A program made the position numbers and the translations under genes. A stretch of DNA of 32,000 nt from Ferroglobus placidus DSM 10642 (lineage in GTDB: Archaea; Halobacteriota; Archaeoglobi; Archaeoglobales; Archaeoglobaceae). How positions within the stretch are numbered: the first letter of the stretch is position 1; every line of letters begins with the position of its first letter. The stretch spans positions 1,380,001 through 1,412,000 of the forward strand of contig NC_013849.1 of the NCBI RefSeq assembly GCF_000025505.1, written 5' to 3'. This document shows positions 1-9,357 of the stretch, piece after piece. Below the pieces are notes generated by a model. The model did no database searches, was not told where the DNA came from, and worked only from the letters and a program-made list of their open reading frames with translations.

Positions 1-297
1 AAAAGCTGGCACCTCATTAACGGGAGAAAACTTCTCGTCTCTGAGTGCGATAAGTGCTGGAAAGTTAAAGCCTACGCTTTTTCTGGATTGGAGCTTGTTG
101 AATCGTTTGAAGTAAAAACGTACACGAGAGCGAATCTCCTCGATTTGCTCAGAGAACTTCTGAGTGAAGCGGAGTTCAATGCAGTCGTGGATAAATTCAA
201 CGGAGGCAATTACAACTATTCGGCTTTGAGCAGGGCTAAAAAGAAACTTGAAAGTTTGGGAGTAGATTTTGAGGAGCTAATCAGTCATTTATTTTAA
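1..297 (+). CDS. Partial conserved hypothetical protein (5' end outside window) with a CDKCW Cys pair
   Basis: The frame is open from base 1 (KSWHLINGRKLLVSECDKCWKVKAYAFSGLELVESF...). The listed TTG start at 88 is probably internal. Confidence 0.6.
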   Translation, partial: KSWHLINGRKLLVSECDKCWKVKAYAFSGLELVESFEVKTYTRANLLDLLRELLSEAEFNAVVDKFNGGNYNYSALSRAKKKLESLGVDFEELISHLF

Positions 298-1246
298 TTT
301 TCAAGCTGAAAATCAGACCGAACAGCATGTTGGTTAGATAAGTTATTATTCTCCATCCGGCGACTACCGAAGCTAAGGAGCCGCGAACGAATTGAGAGTA
401 TAGGTAGAAGAAGCTACCCTCCGAAATTCCGCTGCTTCCCGGAGTAAGGGGAAGAAGGGAGATCACGACTATTATCGCTTGAGATGTTACCGACAGCAAG
501 AAGTTCGGTTCTTTGCCGAAAGCCATGAGAACAAAGGACGGCACGAGGAATTCGGACAACCAAAGAACGGATGTGAGAGCAAACATTACCGCTATTCTCT
601 TTTTGCTCGTTCTGAGAACGTCAACCAAAGCCTCCCTGAAGTTCCAGACTTCCTTCTCTATTTTCTCGTAAATTCTCTTACTCAACCTCTTCTCGAGGAA
701 GTTCAGAGCTCTTTCTACTCTTGCGGGGTGTTTGAGCAACTCTCTGAGGAGTACGAGAAAGAGTATCAAGAGGATGAAGAAAGCCAACCCTACTCTGAAC
801 CCGAGTTTTAGTGAGAACTCAGTCAGGGAAAGAAGAATAGCTAACGACGTTACGAAGAATATTGAATCGAGAAGCCTTTCTATAAGGATTATTGCAGTAG
901 CCCTTCCAATTCCCATTCCGTTTTTCGAAAGGAGGTAAGCTCTAACGGGCTCTCCTCCAGCGGAAGAAGGAGTTATCGCTGCAAAAAACATGCTCGACAT
1001 AGTTATTTTAAAAGAGTTGGAAAAGCTGACGTTGCCGTTGAAAGTCTCTACCAAAAATTTCAGTCTGAAAGCCCAGAAAATCCAGAATAGTACGTGGAAA
1101 AGCATGGCGGCGGCGATGTAAACAGGATTCGCTTCGAAAAGAGTTGACACGTCCTCTCCAGTAATTTTGAAAATTGCAAATATTGCTGCGAGTGAGAATA
1201 CTGCTGCTATCAATGTTCTCTTTAGCTCCTTTTTGGAGGAACCCAT
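281..1246 (-). CDS. Multi-spanning membrane protein of the UPF0104 / lysylphosphatidylglycerol synthase TM (flippase-like) family
   Basis: 321 aa with several hydrophobic helices and family-like motifs (SSAGGEPVRAYLL, ERLLDSIFF, PLTPGSSGISEGSFFYLY). Its start overlaps the upstream gene. Confidence 0.85.
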   Translation of the reverse strand: MGSSKKELKRTLIAAVFSLAAIFAIFKITGEDVSTLFEANPVYIAAAMLFHVLFWIFWAFRLKFLVETFNGNVSFSNSFKITMSSMFFAAITPSSAGGEPVRAYLLSKNGMGIGRATAIILIERLLDSIFFVTSLAILLSLTEFSLKLGFRVGLAFFILLILFLVLLRELLKHPARVERALNFLEKRLSKRIYEKIEKEVWNFREALVDVLRTSKKRIAVMFALTSVLWLSEFLVPSFVLMAFGKEPNFLLSVTSQAIIVVISLLPLTPGSSGISEGSFFYLYSQFVRGSLASVVAGWRIITYLTNMLFGLIFSLKIKIND

Positions 1247-2160
1247 TTTACCTTCTCACCTCTCAGGTAGCTGATCACAGCCGACAAGGCTGCTGCTTGG
1301 AGAACCAAGCAGTAGATAATAAAAGCTGCGTAGACTTTAAAGCCTTCGTTTTTTCTGTAAACGAGTAAAGCTGGAAGGGAGAGCAGAATCAGGGGGAGAA
1401 AAACCGCAGGAATGAAGGTTAAAGTTAGAGAAAAAAGCCAAGAGAGTTTGAAGGACAGTTTTCTCGATCGTGCAACAAGCTTAAAGTAATTCCATAGCTG
1501 CAACCCTCCGTAATACCACCTCTTCCTCTGGTTAAAGAAATCTTTTACGGTTACTGGAGACTGCTCGAAAAGCTTTCCTTCGGCGAGTTCAGCTTTTAGT
1601 CCGAGGCAGTGCATTCTCGTGGCAAAATCTGCGTCCTCAGTTATAGCATCTTCATTTAGAAGGTGCTTGTATAAAAACCTCGGGTTGAGAACTCCGATCA
1701 ACCCGTTGAATTGTTTGAAAGCCGAAATTCTCAAAAGAAAGTTTATAAGCCTGTACTCGAGAGATACAGCCTTGGAAATAAAGCTGTAGTCGTTGTAAAT
1801 GTACCTCTTTGTCGATTTTATGTAAACGTCTCCGTTTAAATCTGAACATTTTATCAGAAAATCTTCTTCGGGTCGAGAATCCACGTCGAAAATCGCTACG
1901 AGATCGGGCTTGAATTTTTTCAGAGCTTTTAGACCATCGTTTATCGCTCCAGCTCTTTTCCCCCTATTCGTGTTTCTCGCAAGAACATCTACTTTGAGGT
2001 TTTTAAGCGATTCAACCCTCTCGTCTTTCTCGCTTCCATCGAAGACGTAGAGAATTTTCTTTTCTCCGGGAAACTTCAGATTATTCAGCCACTTGGCAGA
2101 GTCGAGAAGGGTTTTCGCGTCTTCTTGAGGTGAAACCGGAACGATAATGGCGATTCTCAT
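1222..2160 (-). CDS. Glycosyltransferase family 2 protein with C-terminal TM segments
   Basis: IAIIVPVSPQEDAKTL N-terminus, RNTNRGKRAGAINDGL, FDVDSRPEEDFL (DxD-like), and QRKRWYYGGLQ (Q/RxxRW). Confidence 0.9.
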   Translation of the reverse strand: MRIAIIVPVSPQEDAKTLLDSAKWLNNLKFPGEKKILYVFDGSEKDERVESLKNLKVDVLARNTNRGKRAGAINDGLKALKKFKPDLVAIFDVDSRPEEDFLIKCSDLNGDVYIKSTKRYIYNDYSFISKAVSLEYRLINFLLRISAFKQFNGLIGVLNPRFLYKHLLNEDAITEDADFATRMHCLGLKAELAEGKLFEQSPVTVKDFFNQRKRWYYGGLQLWNYFKLVARSRKLSFKLSWLFSLTLTFIPAVFLPLILLSLPALLVYRKNEGFKVYAAFIIYCLVLQAAALSAVISYLRGEKVKWVPPKRS

Positions 2161-3158
2161 AAACTTTCGTAAATTTTTGAGACTTCTTCAGCAACTCTCT
2201 CCCAGCTGTAACTTTCTGTCACTTTCCTTCCCCTTCTCCCGAGTTTCCTCACGGTCTTTGAATCCAATTTTTTTATTATTTCCCTCAATTCTTCCACGCT
2301 CTCAAAGGTGTATCCCGCTTTTTTCGCGATCTCCCTTACTCCGGGAGTGTTGTAAGCTATAACCGGAGTTCCGGAAGCCATAGCTTCGAGTAAAACTATT
2401 CCAAATGCTTCCAACCTCGTTTTTGATGGCAGAACGAGGCATTTAGCTTTTTTCATAAGCTCTCGCACTTTTTCGTATCCAACTTTTCCGAGAAATTTCG
2501 CCTTTACTTTTTTCTCTCTTGCAAGTTTTTCGAAGTACTCTCTATCCTCACCATCTCCGGCAACCACGAGTTCTTCTTCGGTTTTTTCGAGGGCTTCTAT
2601 GAGGTAATTTAGCCCTTTATACTTCACGAGCCTTCCGACGTACAGCACGAAGTTCTTTTTCTCGGAGCAGAATTCGAAAGTTTCAAAGCTAACACCGTTC
2701 GGTATAAATTCGAGCTTCTCTTCGTAATCTCTAAGAATTTTTGAAGTTCTCGCATAATCTGGAGTTGTTGCGACGATAACTTCTGCTCTGTCGAGAACTT
2801 TTCTCGTAACTTTTTCGTTTATTTCCTCTAATTTTTTTGCAGCGAATCTCGGAATTCTTACGCCAAAAACCTCGTCGGGAATTTCAACATCGTTGTGGTA
2901 AGTAACGACGAATTTGTCCTCGCTGGAGTAGATGTAAGCAAAAAAAGGGCTTGGGACGTGAGCGTGATATATTTCAGCGTTGCACTTCTTTTTTTTCAAG
3001 GGTATTGGGGAATAGGGGATCGGAAGAGAGGGAGTTGTTGAGGAGGATATTATCTCCACCTCGTAAAACTTCGAAAGGGCTTTGGAAAGGTTTTCAACGT
3101 GGATCTCTATTCCTCCGATGTGGGGAAAAGAGTAGGGGGTGATTTGAGCGACTTTCAT
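2157..3158 (-). CDS. Glycosyltransferase family 4 (GT-B)
   Basis: HIGGIEIHVENLSKAL, YVGRLVKYKGLNYLIEAL, and CLVLPSKTRLEAFGIVLLEAMASGTPVIAYNTPGVREI. Confidence 0.93.
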   Translation of the reverse strand: MKVAQITPYSFPHIGGIEIHVENLSKALSKFYEVEIISSSTTPSLPIPYSPIPLKKKKCNAEIYHAHVPSPFFAYIYSSEDKFVVTYHNDVEIPDEVFGVRIPRFAAKKLEEINEKVTRKVLDRAEVIVATTPDYARTSKILRDYEEKLEFIPNGVSFETFEFCSEKKNFVLYVGRLVKYKGLNYLIEALEKTEEELVVAGDGEDREYFEKLAREKKVKAKFLGKVGYEKVRELMKKAKCLVLPSKTRLEAFGIVLLEAMASGTPVIAYNTPGVREIAKKAGYTFESVEELREIIKKLDSKTVRKLGRRGRKVTESYSWERVAEEVSKIYESL

Positions 3159-3757
3159 ATTATCCCTTCGAGCTCCAGAATTTTTTTAGCCCACACGAGT
3201 TTTTTCCCCTTTACTCCTTCGGCTTTAAACTCGAACCCGTGCAGGAGAATTTTTCTCGCTCCGAACTCCTTGGCTATTATTGCTGCTCTGTCTCCGTCCG
3301 TAAATCCTCCGAAGTTGTAAACTCTGTCGAAAGGCTCTGCTTGTGTCGTTGCAACGAAGGAGTTCAGCTCTGGAACTATCTCTTTTATCAGTTCTACGTT
3401 GTCTCCGTGGGCGTGGATTACGAGAACGCATCCTTTCTCCTCCACTTTTTTCAGAATCTCAGCACCTTCTTCGAGGTCAGTAACATGCACGTCTGGAACT
3501 CTCGATGTAATTTTCATCCATTTAATCAGCGACTTTCCGGCGGTGATTATCGTTTGAGACTCTATCGGCTTTTCGACGGCTCCTCCAACAACAACGACCT
3601 CTTTCCCCTCGATTTTTTCCCTCAAGACTTCTTTGTCGAGGAGCTTGCCATTTCCCATCTCTTTCAGAATTATCGCAGCTCTCCTGTCCTCGTCGATTGA
3701 GTAGCCAAAATCTCTTGCGATTTCTATGTATATTTTGAACCACTCTTCAAGCTTCAT
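3155..3757 (-). CDS. mptE: 6-hydroxymethyl-7,8-dihydropterin pyrophosphokinase, MptE type (DUF115)
   Basis: 200 aa with VVVVGGAVEKPIE, DVHVTDLEEG, VIHAHGDN, TTQAEPFDRVYNFGGFTDGDRA. Confidence 0.85.
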   Translation of the reverse strand: MKLEEWFKIYIEIARDFGYSIDEDRRAAIILKEMGNGKLLDKEVLREKIEGKEVVVVGGAVEKPIESQTIITAGKSLIKWMKITSRVPDVHVTDLEEGAEILKKVEEKGCVLVIHAHGDNVELIKEIVPELNSFVATTQAEPFDRVYNFGGFTDGDRAAIIAKEFGARKILLHGFEFKAEGVKGKKLVWAKKILELEGII

Positions 3758-6700
3758 TTAGTCTCTTTATCCCTATCTTCGCCTTCTCTCCTTCTATGTC
3801 CCACTCTTTCACGTATCCTTCAGCCTTTCCGAAGATTAGCTCCTTCGCTCTGGTTTCAGTTTTTATGTAGTCTTCGAAACCTCTAACGAGCTCTTCGTCG
3901 AATTCGAGAGTAACGATTATGAACTCCTCGACGTTTAAATCGAGCTCTTTCCTCATTTCCTGAATTCTCCTCACGAGCTCTCTTGCGTAGGCTTCTCTCT
4001 TCAGCTCTTCGTCCATTTCGGTGTAAACGTAAACGACTCCCCTGGAGAATTCCTCGTAGCTGTAATTTTCTGGCACTTTGAACTCGAACTCGAGGTAGTC
4101 TCTGTCTATTCTCTCTCCATCGAATTCGACGTAGCCTCTTTCGTAAATCTGCCTCATTTCCTCCTTACTCAGCGAGTTAAGGTAATTTATGAAGTCCTTC
4201 ATCTTCTCCCTTAGCTTCGCTCCGAGCTTTTTGAAGTTCGGTTTAACAACAACCTCCTTTTCGAACTCTTTCACGAACTCTATCTCCTTCACGTTACTCT
4301 GAGTGAGAATTATCTCTTTTAGCCTCTCTACTTTCACGTCTCCCTCTACTATCAGCTTTCTCAGAGGCCATCTGAGTTTTATTCCGGCTTTTTGTCTTGC
4401 CGCATAGCTCGCCTCAACTATCTCTCTCGCCAGATCCATCTCTTTTTCGAGCTCCTCGTCGATCCACTTTTCATCAGCTTCCGGATACATCTCCATAAAA
4501 ATCGACTCTTCTCCCTCTCTGAACTTCTTCGTGAAGTTCTGATAAACGTATTCCGCTATGAAGGGAGCGAAAGGGGAGATAATTCTCGTGACTTTATCTA
4601 TAACCCGAAACATTGTAGCGTAAGCGGCTATCTTGCTTGGACTATCTTTTTCCTCCCAGACCCTCCTCCTTATGAGCTGTATGTACCACCTGCTGAAATC
4701 TTCCACGACGAAATCGTAGAATCTCTTCACAACTCTATGCAAATTGTAGTTTTCCATAGCCTCGTTAGCAAGCTTGCAAAAGCTTTCGAGTCTCGAAAGA
4801 ATCCATTTGTCCTCTATTCTGAGCTCGCAATCCTCTGGCGAGACTTCTCTGAATTTGTCGAGTTCCATGTACGTGTACGCGAATCTAACAGCGTTCCAGA
4901 AAATGTTCAAAAGTCTCAAGAAGTTCTCCGCCTCTCCCCAGCTGAACTTCAGGTCTTCCCATAATGCTGAGGAGAGAACGTAAAGTCTGAAAGCATCGAC
5001 GCCGATTCTGTCTATAACTTCCTCCGGCTCGACGACGTTTCCTAAGCTTTTGCTCATCTTTCTTCCCTGCTCATCAAGAGTGAAGCCGTGCATGAGAACA
5101 GTCTTGTAAGGGGCTTTTCCGAAAGCGATGATGCTTGCTCCAAGTTGAGAGTAGAACCAGCCCCTTGTCTGATCGTGTCCTTCCGTTATGAAGTCCGCTG
5201 GCCAGAGCTTTTTGAACTCCTCTTCTTTCAGCGGGTATTCGAGAGTTCCCCAGCTTGCAACTCCGCTGTCGAACCAGACGTCGAAAACGTCGCTTATTCT
5301 CTTCATCTTTCCCCCGCAATCACATTCGAATGTTACCTCGTCTATTTTCGGTCGGTGCAGATCTAAGTCGTCCTTCCAGCCTACCTCGTTTATGCTTCCG
5401 ACAACTTTCATTTTTCCGCACTTCTCGCATATCCACACTGGAATCGGAATTCCCCAGTACCTCTGCCTGCTTATGCACCAGTCTTTGGCGTTGCTAACCC
5501 AGTCTTTGAATCGAGAAGCTCCAGCCCACTCGGGAATCCACCTTACCTTGTCTATTTCCCTCAGCATCTCTTCCTTAAGCTCGCTGACCTTCAAAAACCA
5601 CTGCTCTGTAGCTCTGTATATTATCGGAGTTTTGCACCTCCAGCAGTGACCATATCTGTGAACTATAGTTTCTTCAGCGAGCAAGAGCCCTTTGTTTCTC
5701 AAATCTTCTATTATCACTTTGTTAGCTTCTCTCACATTAAGTCCGGCGTACTTCCCAGCCTCTTCGGTGAAAACACCCTTGTCGTCGACCGGATTGAAAA
5801 CCTCGAGACCGTGCTGAACTCCAAGCTCGTAGTCTTCCAATCCGTGTCCCGGGGCTATGTGAACGCAGCCGGTGTTTTCTGCCGTTACGAACTCAGCCAT
5901 GTAAACCTTATGCACGAACTTCTTCTGAATCGGAACCTCCTCAGCTAACGGGTGCTCGTACTCTAAGCCTACGAGATCTTCACCGAGCTTAGTTTCCACA
6001 ATTTCCCAAAGCTGGTAGCCGCCTTTCTTCAGAACGTCTTCAGCAAGCTCCTTAGCGAGGATAAGATACTCAAGCTTATCATTTTTAACGGCTTTTATGA
6101 TCGCGTACTCCAAAGACGGGTGAACAGCAACTGCCATGTTCGCCGGAAGAGTCCAGGGTGTCGTGGTCCATATTACTATGTAAGTCGCTTTCTCTCCTTT
6201 TACGGGGAATTTAACGTATATGGAAGGGTCTTTCCTTTCCGCATATTCTACTTCCGCGTCAGCCAGAGCAGTTTCGCACCTCGGACACCAGTTCACGACC
6301 ATCTTCTTCTTCTCAAGCAAACCTTTCTCGTGAGCTTTCTTGACCGTCCACCAAGCAGAGTTTATGTACTCTGCTTTTATCGTCATGTATGGGTTTTCCC
6401 AGTCCATCCAAACGCCGAGAGCTTTGAATTGCTCCGTCATAGCTTCTTTGTTCTTCAAAGCGTAATCCATGCACATCTTCACGAACTTGTCAATCCCGAA
6501 CTCTTCTATCTCCTTCTTTTCCTTTATTCCGAGCTCTTGCTCCACCTTCACTTCTATCGGAAGCCCGTGCATGTCCCATCCCGGGCGATCGGTTACCTTG
6601 AACCCTTTCATTCTCTTGTAACGCAGGACCGTGTCTTTTATCACCTTATTCCAGGCTGTACCGAGGTGAATTCTTCCAGTAGTATAAGGAGGACCGTCAA

Positions 6701-6818
6701 CAAAGAAAAAGGGCTTATCTCCCCTTTCTTTAACTTTTTCGTAAATCCTATTTTTCTCCCAGAACTCCTTGACGAACTTCTCCACTTCTCTGTGAGAGTA
6801 CACGCCGGTGAATTGCAT
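3747..6818 (-). CDS. ileS: Isoleucyl-tRNA synthetase
   Basis: 1023 aa with PPYTTGRIHLGTAWNK (HIGH-class), GWDMHGLPIE, WCISRQRYWGIPIP, GRKMSKSLGN (KMSKS). Confidence 0.98.
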   Translation of the reverse strand: MQFTGVYSHREVEKFVKEFWEKNRIYEKVKERGDKPFFFVDGPPYTTGRIHLGTAWNKVIKDTVLRYKRMKGFKVTDRPGWDMHGLPIEVKVEQELGIKEKKEIEEFGIDKFVKMCMDYALKNKEAMTEQFKALGVWMDWENPYMTIKAEYINSAWWTVKKAHEKGLLEKKKMVVNWCPRCETALADAEVEYAERKDPSIYVKFPVKGEKATYIVIWTTTPWTLPANMAVAVHPSLEYAIIKAVKNDKLEYLILAKELAEDVLKKGGYQLWEIVETKLGEDLVGLEYEHPLAEEVPIQKKFVHKVYMAEFVTAENTGCVHIAPGHGLEDYELGVQHGLEVFNPVDDKGVFTEEAGKYAGLNVREANKVIIEDLRNKGLLLAEETIVHRYGHCWRCKTPIIYRATEQWFLKVSELKEEMLREIDKVRWIPEWAGASRFKDWVSNAKDWCISRQRYWGIPIPVWICEKCGKMKVVGSINEVGWKDDLDLHRPKIDEVTFECDCGGKMKRISDVFDVWFDSGVASWGTLEYPLKEEEFKKLWPADFITEGHDQTRGWFYSQLGASIIAFGKAPYKTVLMHGFTLDEQGRKMSKSLGNVVEPEEVIDRIGVDAFRLYVLSSALWEDLKFSWGEAENFLRLLNIFWNAVRFAYTYMELDKFREVSPEDCELRIEDKWILSRLESFCKLANEAMENYNLHRVVKRFYDFVVEDFSRWYIQLIRRRVWEEKDSPSKIAAYATMFRVIDKVTRIISPFAPFIAEYVYQNFTKKFREGEESIFMEMYPEADEKWIDEELEKEMDLAREIVEASYAARQKAGIKLRWPLRKLIVEGDVKVERLKEIILTQSNVKEIEFVKEFEKEVVVKPNFKKLGAKLREKMKDFINYLNSLSKEEMRQIYERGYVEFDGERIDRDYLEFEFKVPENYSYEEFSRGVVYVYTEMDEELKREAYARELVRRIQEMRKELDLNVEEFIIVTLEFDEELVRGFEDYIKTETRAKELIFGKAEGYVKEWDIEGEKAKIGIKRLNEA

Positions 6819-6840
6819 AGGTTAAAAAGAAATACGTGGG

Positions 6841-7938
6841 TTAAAATAGTTTATTCAAAGTGTATCTACTTTCTCCAAGTCCGAGTTCTTCGGCGTAGCT
6901 TATCAGTCTTTTTGGAGACGTCCATCCCCAGTACTTTTCCTTTAACAAAGCTTTTTCGAAGTTTTTCTCGCTCTCATAAGCGTCGAGGCTCGCTTTATCC
7001 ACAGACACTATGTCTTTGGAAGCGAAAATTCCTACGTCCGGAATCACCGGAACTCCGCTGTAAGGATGGCAGTCGCAGTGGGGAGTGACGTCGAGGACGA
7101 AGTTCAAATATGCGAAGTTTTTCCTTCCGACGGTATCTATAACTGCCTTGGCAGCCTCGACGATCCTCTCTGCTATTTCATCTCCAACGAGCCAGGGAGC
7201 TATTACTACAGCTTTCGCCTCGCAAACCTCTCCGCAGCCGGCACATTTAACGCATTTTTCGAGATTTATCTCGTAGTTTTCTATCGCATCCACTGGACAA
7301 ATTTCGAGGCACTTGTCGCATTTTGTGCACTTCTCTCTATCTATCCTCGGAGGATTTGCCACGTGGATGTCGTATTTGGTCGTTTTAGTAACGCATCCAA
7401 CTCCGATGGTCTTCAAACTCCCTCCAACTCCGGCTCTGAAATGGAGCTTGAAATGTGTTGCGACAACGACAAAATCGGCTTCAGCTATTGCTTTAGCCAC
7501 GAAAACTTCCTTGAGGTGTTTGCCGTTAGCTTTAACCTTTACTCCGTCCAAGCCGATTAGACCGTCGGCTATTATTATCGGAGCTGCCAGGGTTTGCTGG
7601 GTGTAGCCGTTTTCTTCGGCTATCATCAACCTTCCCGTGGCAAAGCTTCTGTCTTTAGTCATTCCCAAGCCGGTAGTTTCGGTTACAAACGGTTTTCCGC
7701 CTCTTTCCTTGACTTTCTCGGCAATCTTTCTAAGAAAAACTGATCTGAGTGTTTTCGTCGTGCCGAAATCTCCGAAGTGGGTTTTTATCGCCACCAAGTC
7801 ACCGGAAGATATTCCGTCGAGGATTCCACTCTCATCTATCAGCTTGCCAAGCTTGTAAACGAGACTCTGCTCCGGCTGATACCACTTTTCCAACTCAGTA
7901 ACCGGCGCTTCTGCGGAAGCGAAGAAAACTTCGCTCAT
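6841..7938 (-). CDS. DUF362 domain protein with a 2x[4Fe-4S] ferredoxin module
   Basis: CTKCDKCLEICPVDAI and CVKCAGCGEVCEAKA Cys motifs in a DUF362-type context (VAIKTHFGDFGTTKTLR, GLGMTKDRSF). Confidence 0.88.
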   Translation of the reverse strand: MSEVFFASAEAPVTELEKWYQPEQSLVYKLGKLIDESGILDGISSGDLVAIKTHFGDFGTTKTLRSVFLRKIAEKVKERGGKPFVTETTGLGMTKDRSFATGRLMIAEENGYTQQTLAAPIIIADGLIGLDGVKVKANGKHLKEVFVAKAIAEADFVVVATHFKLHFRAGVGGSLKTIGVGCVTKTTKYDIHVANPPRIDREKCTKCDKCLEICPVDAIENYEINLEKCVKCAGCGEVCEAKAVVIAPWLVGDEIAERIVEAAKAVIDTVGRKNFAYLNFVLDVTPHCDCHPYSGVPVIPDVGIFASKDIVSVDKASLDAYESEKNFEKALLKEKYWGWTSPKRLISYAEELGLGESRYTLNKLF

Positions 7939-8013
7939 GAGCTAAGGGTAAATTTTTGAGCCTAAAAATGTTTGTTTTGGGGAACATTTATCTATTTTCG
8001 AGAAGAGTGTAGA

Positions 8014-8181
8014 ATGATGTACATCCTCTGTAGGGTTTGCGGAAACGATACTTTCAGAATTACCGTGGAACTGGTTGCGGAATGCACGAGCTGCGGAGCG
8101 AAGTTTAGCTTGGGGAAGCCGATAGACAAGCTTCCGAAACCTGATGACATCGAACCTTTCAAATTTCTAAAAGGTTTTTAG
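8014..8181 (+). CDS. Small zinc-ribbon protein (~55 aa)
   Basis: The likely start is ATG 8014 rather than the listed TTG 7972. Sequence MMYILCRVCGNDTF...ECTSCGAKF has two CxxC knuckles. Confidence 0.7.
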   Translation: MMYILCRVCGNDTFRITVELVAECTSCGAKFSLGKPIDKLPKPDDIEPFKFLKGF

Positions 8182-8202
8182 TCGCAAAGATCACTTGCGA
8201 AC

Positions 8203-9210
8203 ATGATCAAAATCGACGGAAGCTACGGCGAAGGAGGAGGGCAGATTTTAAGAACTGCGATAGCTCTTTCATGCTTAACCGGAGAGGCTGTTGAAATTTA
8301 CAACATCCGAGCTAAGAGACCCAAACCCGGGTTGATGGCTCAGCACCTAAAAGGAATAGAGGCGGCAAAGAGAATTAGCGATGCCGAAGTTGAGGGGTTG
8401 AGAATTGGGTCTACGCGAGTTGTTTTCAAACCGAGGAGTTTGAAAGGTGGGAATTTTAGGATCGATATCGGCACGGCTGGAAGCGTTACCTTAATTCTTC
8501 AGACAGTTCTCCTCCCTTCTTTAGCCGCAGACGGAGAAACGACTCTTGAAATTAGGGGAGGAACTGACGTTAACTGGAGTCCTACGGCGGATTACTTCAT
8601 GAACGTCACTCTCCCAGCTCTCAGAGAGCTTGGCGTGGAGGCTGAATTTGAGCTGATAAAGCGAGGATATTATCCGAAGGGTGGAGGGGAAGTGAGGGTA
8701 AAAGTTACTCCCTCTAAGCTCTTCGGGAAAACTTTCGAAAAGAAGGATTGCGATAAAGTTCTCGGAGTCTCTCACGCTTCGAATTTGCCCGAGCACGTGC
8801 CGAAAAGACAGGCTGAAGCTGCAAAAAGAGTTTTGAGAGAAGCCGGTTTCGATGCAGAGATAAAAATCGAAGTTAGAAGAGAGTTCTCAACTGGAAGCGG
8901 AATAACTCTTTGGTGCGGATATAAGGGCGGGTCTTCTCTCGGAGAAAAGGGAAAAAGAGCGGAGATCGTTGGGGAGGAGGCTGCTAAAGAGATTTTAAGC
9001 GAGTTATCGACGGACTTCGCCTTCGATAAGCATTTAGCTGACCAAGTTATGGTTTTCGCTGCTGTGGCGAAGGGAGAAACCTTCTACACCACTTCTCAGA
9101 TAACCATGCATGCCGTTAGCAACAAGTACGTTATAGAGAAGTTTTTTGGAGAATGCATCAAATTTGAAGGGAACTCTGTGAGAATTTTCGGAAACGATAT
9201 CCTCTCTTGA
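8203..9210 (+). CDS. rtcA: RNA 3'-terminal phosphate cyclase
   Basis: DGSYGEGGGQILRTAIALSCLTG, RAKRPKPGLMAQHLK, and the HLADQ catalytic His region. Confidence 0.97.
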   Translation: MIKIDGSYGEGGGQILRTAIALSCLTGEAVEIYNIRAKRPKPGLMAQHLKGIEAAKRISDAEVEGLRIGSTRVVFKPRSLKGGNFRIDIGTAGSVTLILQTVLLPSLAADGETTLEIRGGTDVNWSPTADYFMNVTLPALRELGVEAEFELIKRGYYPKGGGEVRVKVTPSKLFGKTFEKKDCDKVLGVSHASNLPEHVPKRQAEAAKRVLREAGFDAEIKIEVRREFSTGSGITLWCGYKGGSSLGEKGKRAEIVGEEAAKEILSELSTDFAFDKHLADQVMVFAAVAKGETFYTTSQITMHAVSNKYVIEKFFGECIKFEGNSVRIFGNDILS

Positions 9211-9357
9211 ATTTAAGTTTATTATTTTTAATTTTTATTATACATTTCACCTTTAAATTATATTCTGAAAGTTCGAAAAGTTTTAAATTTGTCATTTTTA
9301 ATCAAAAACAACTTAGCGAAGAATTTAGGGGTAAAGTACTTTAGTGGGTGATGTGCC

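Noticed and set aside
3239-7858. Plus-strand ORFs antisense to mptE, ileS and the DUF362 gene (e.g. 6120..7088, 322 aa)
   Set aside because: They are shadow ORFs opposite strongly recognisable genes and have no domain-like sequence.
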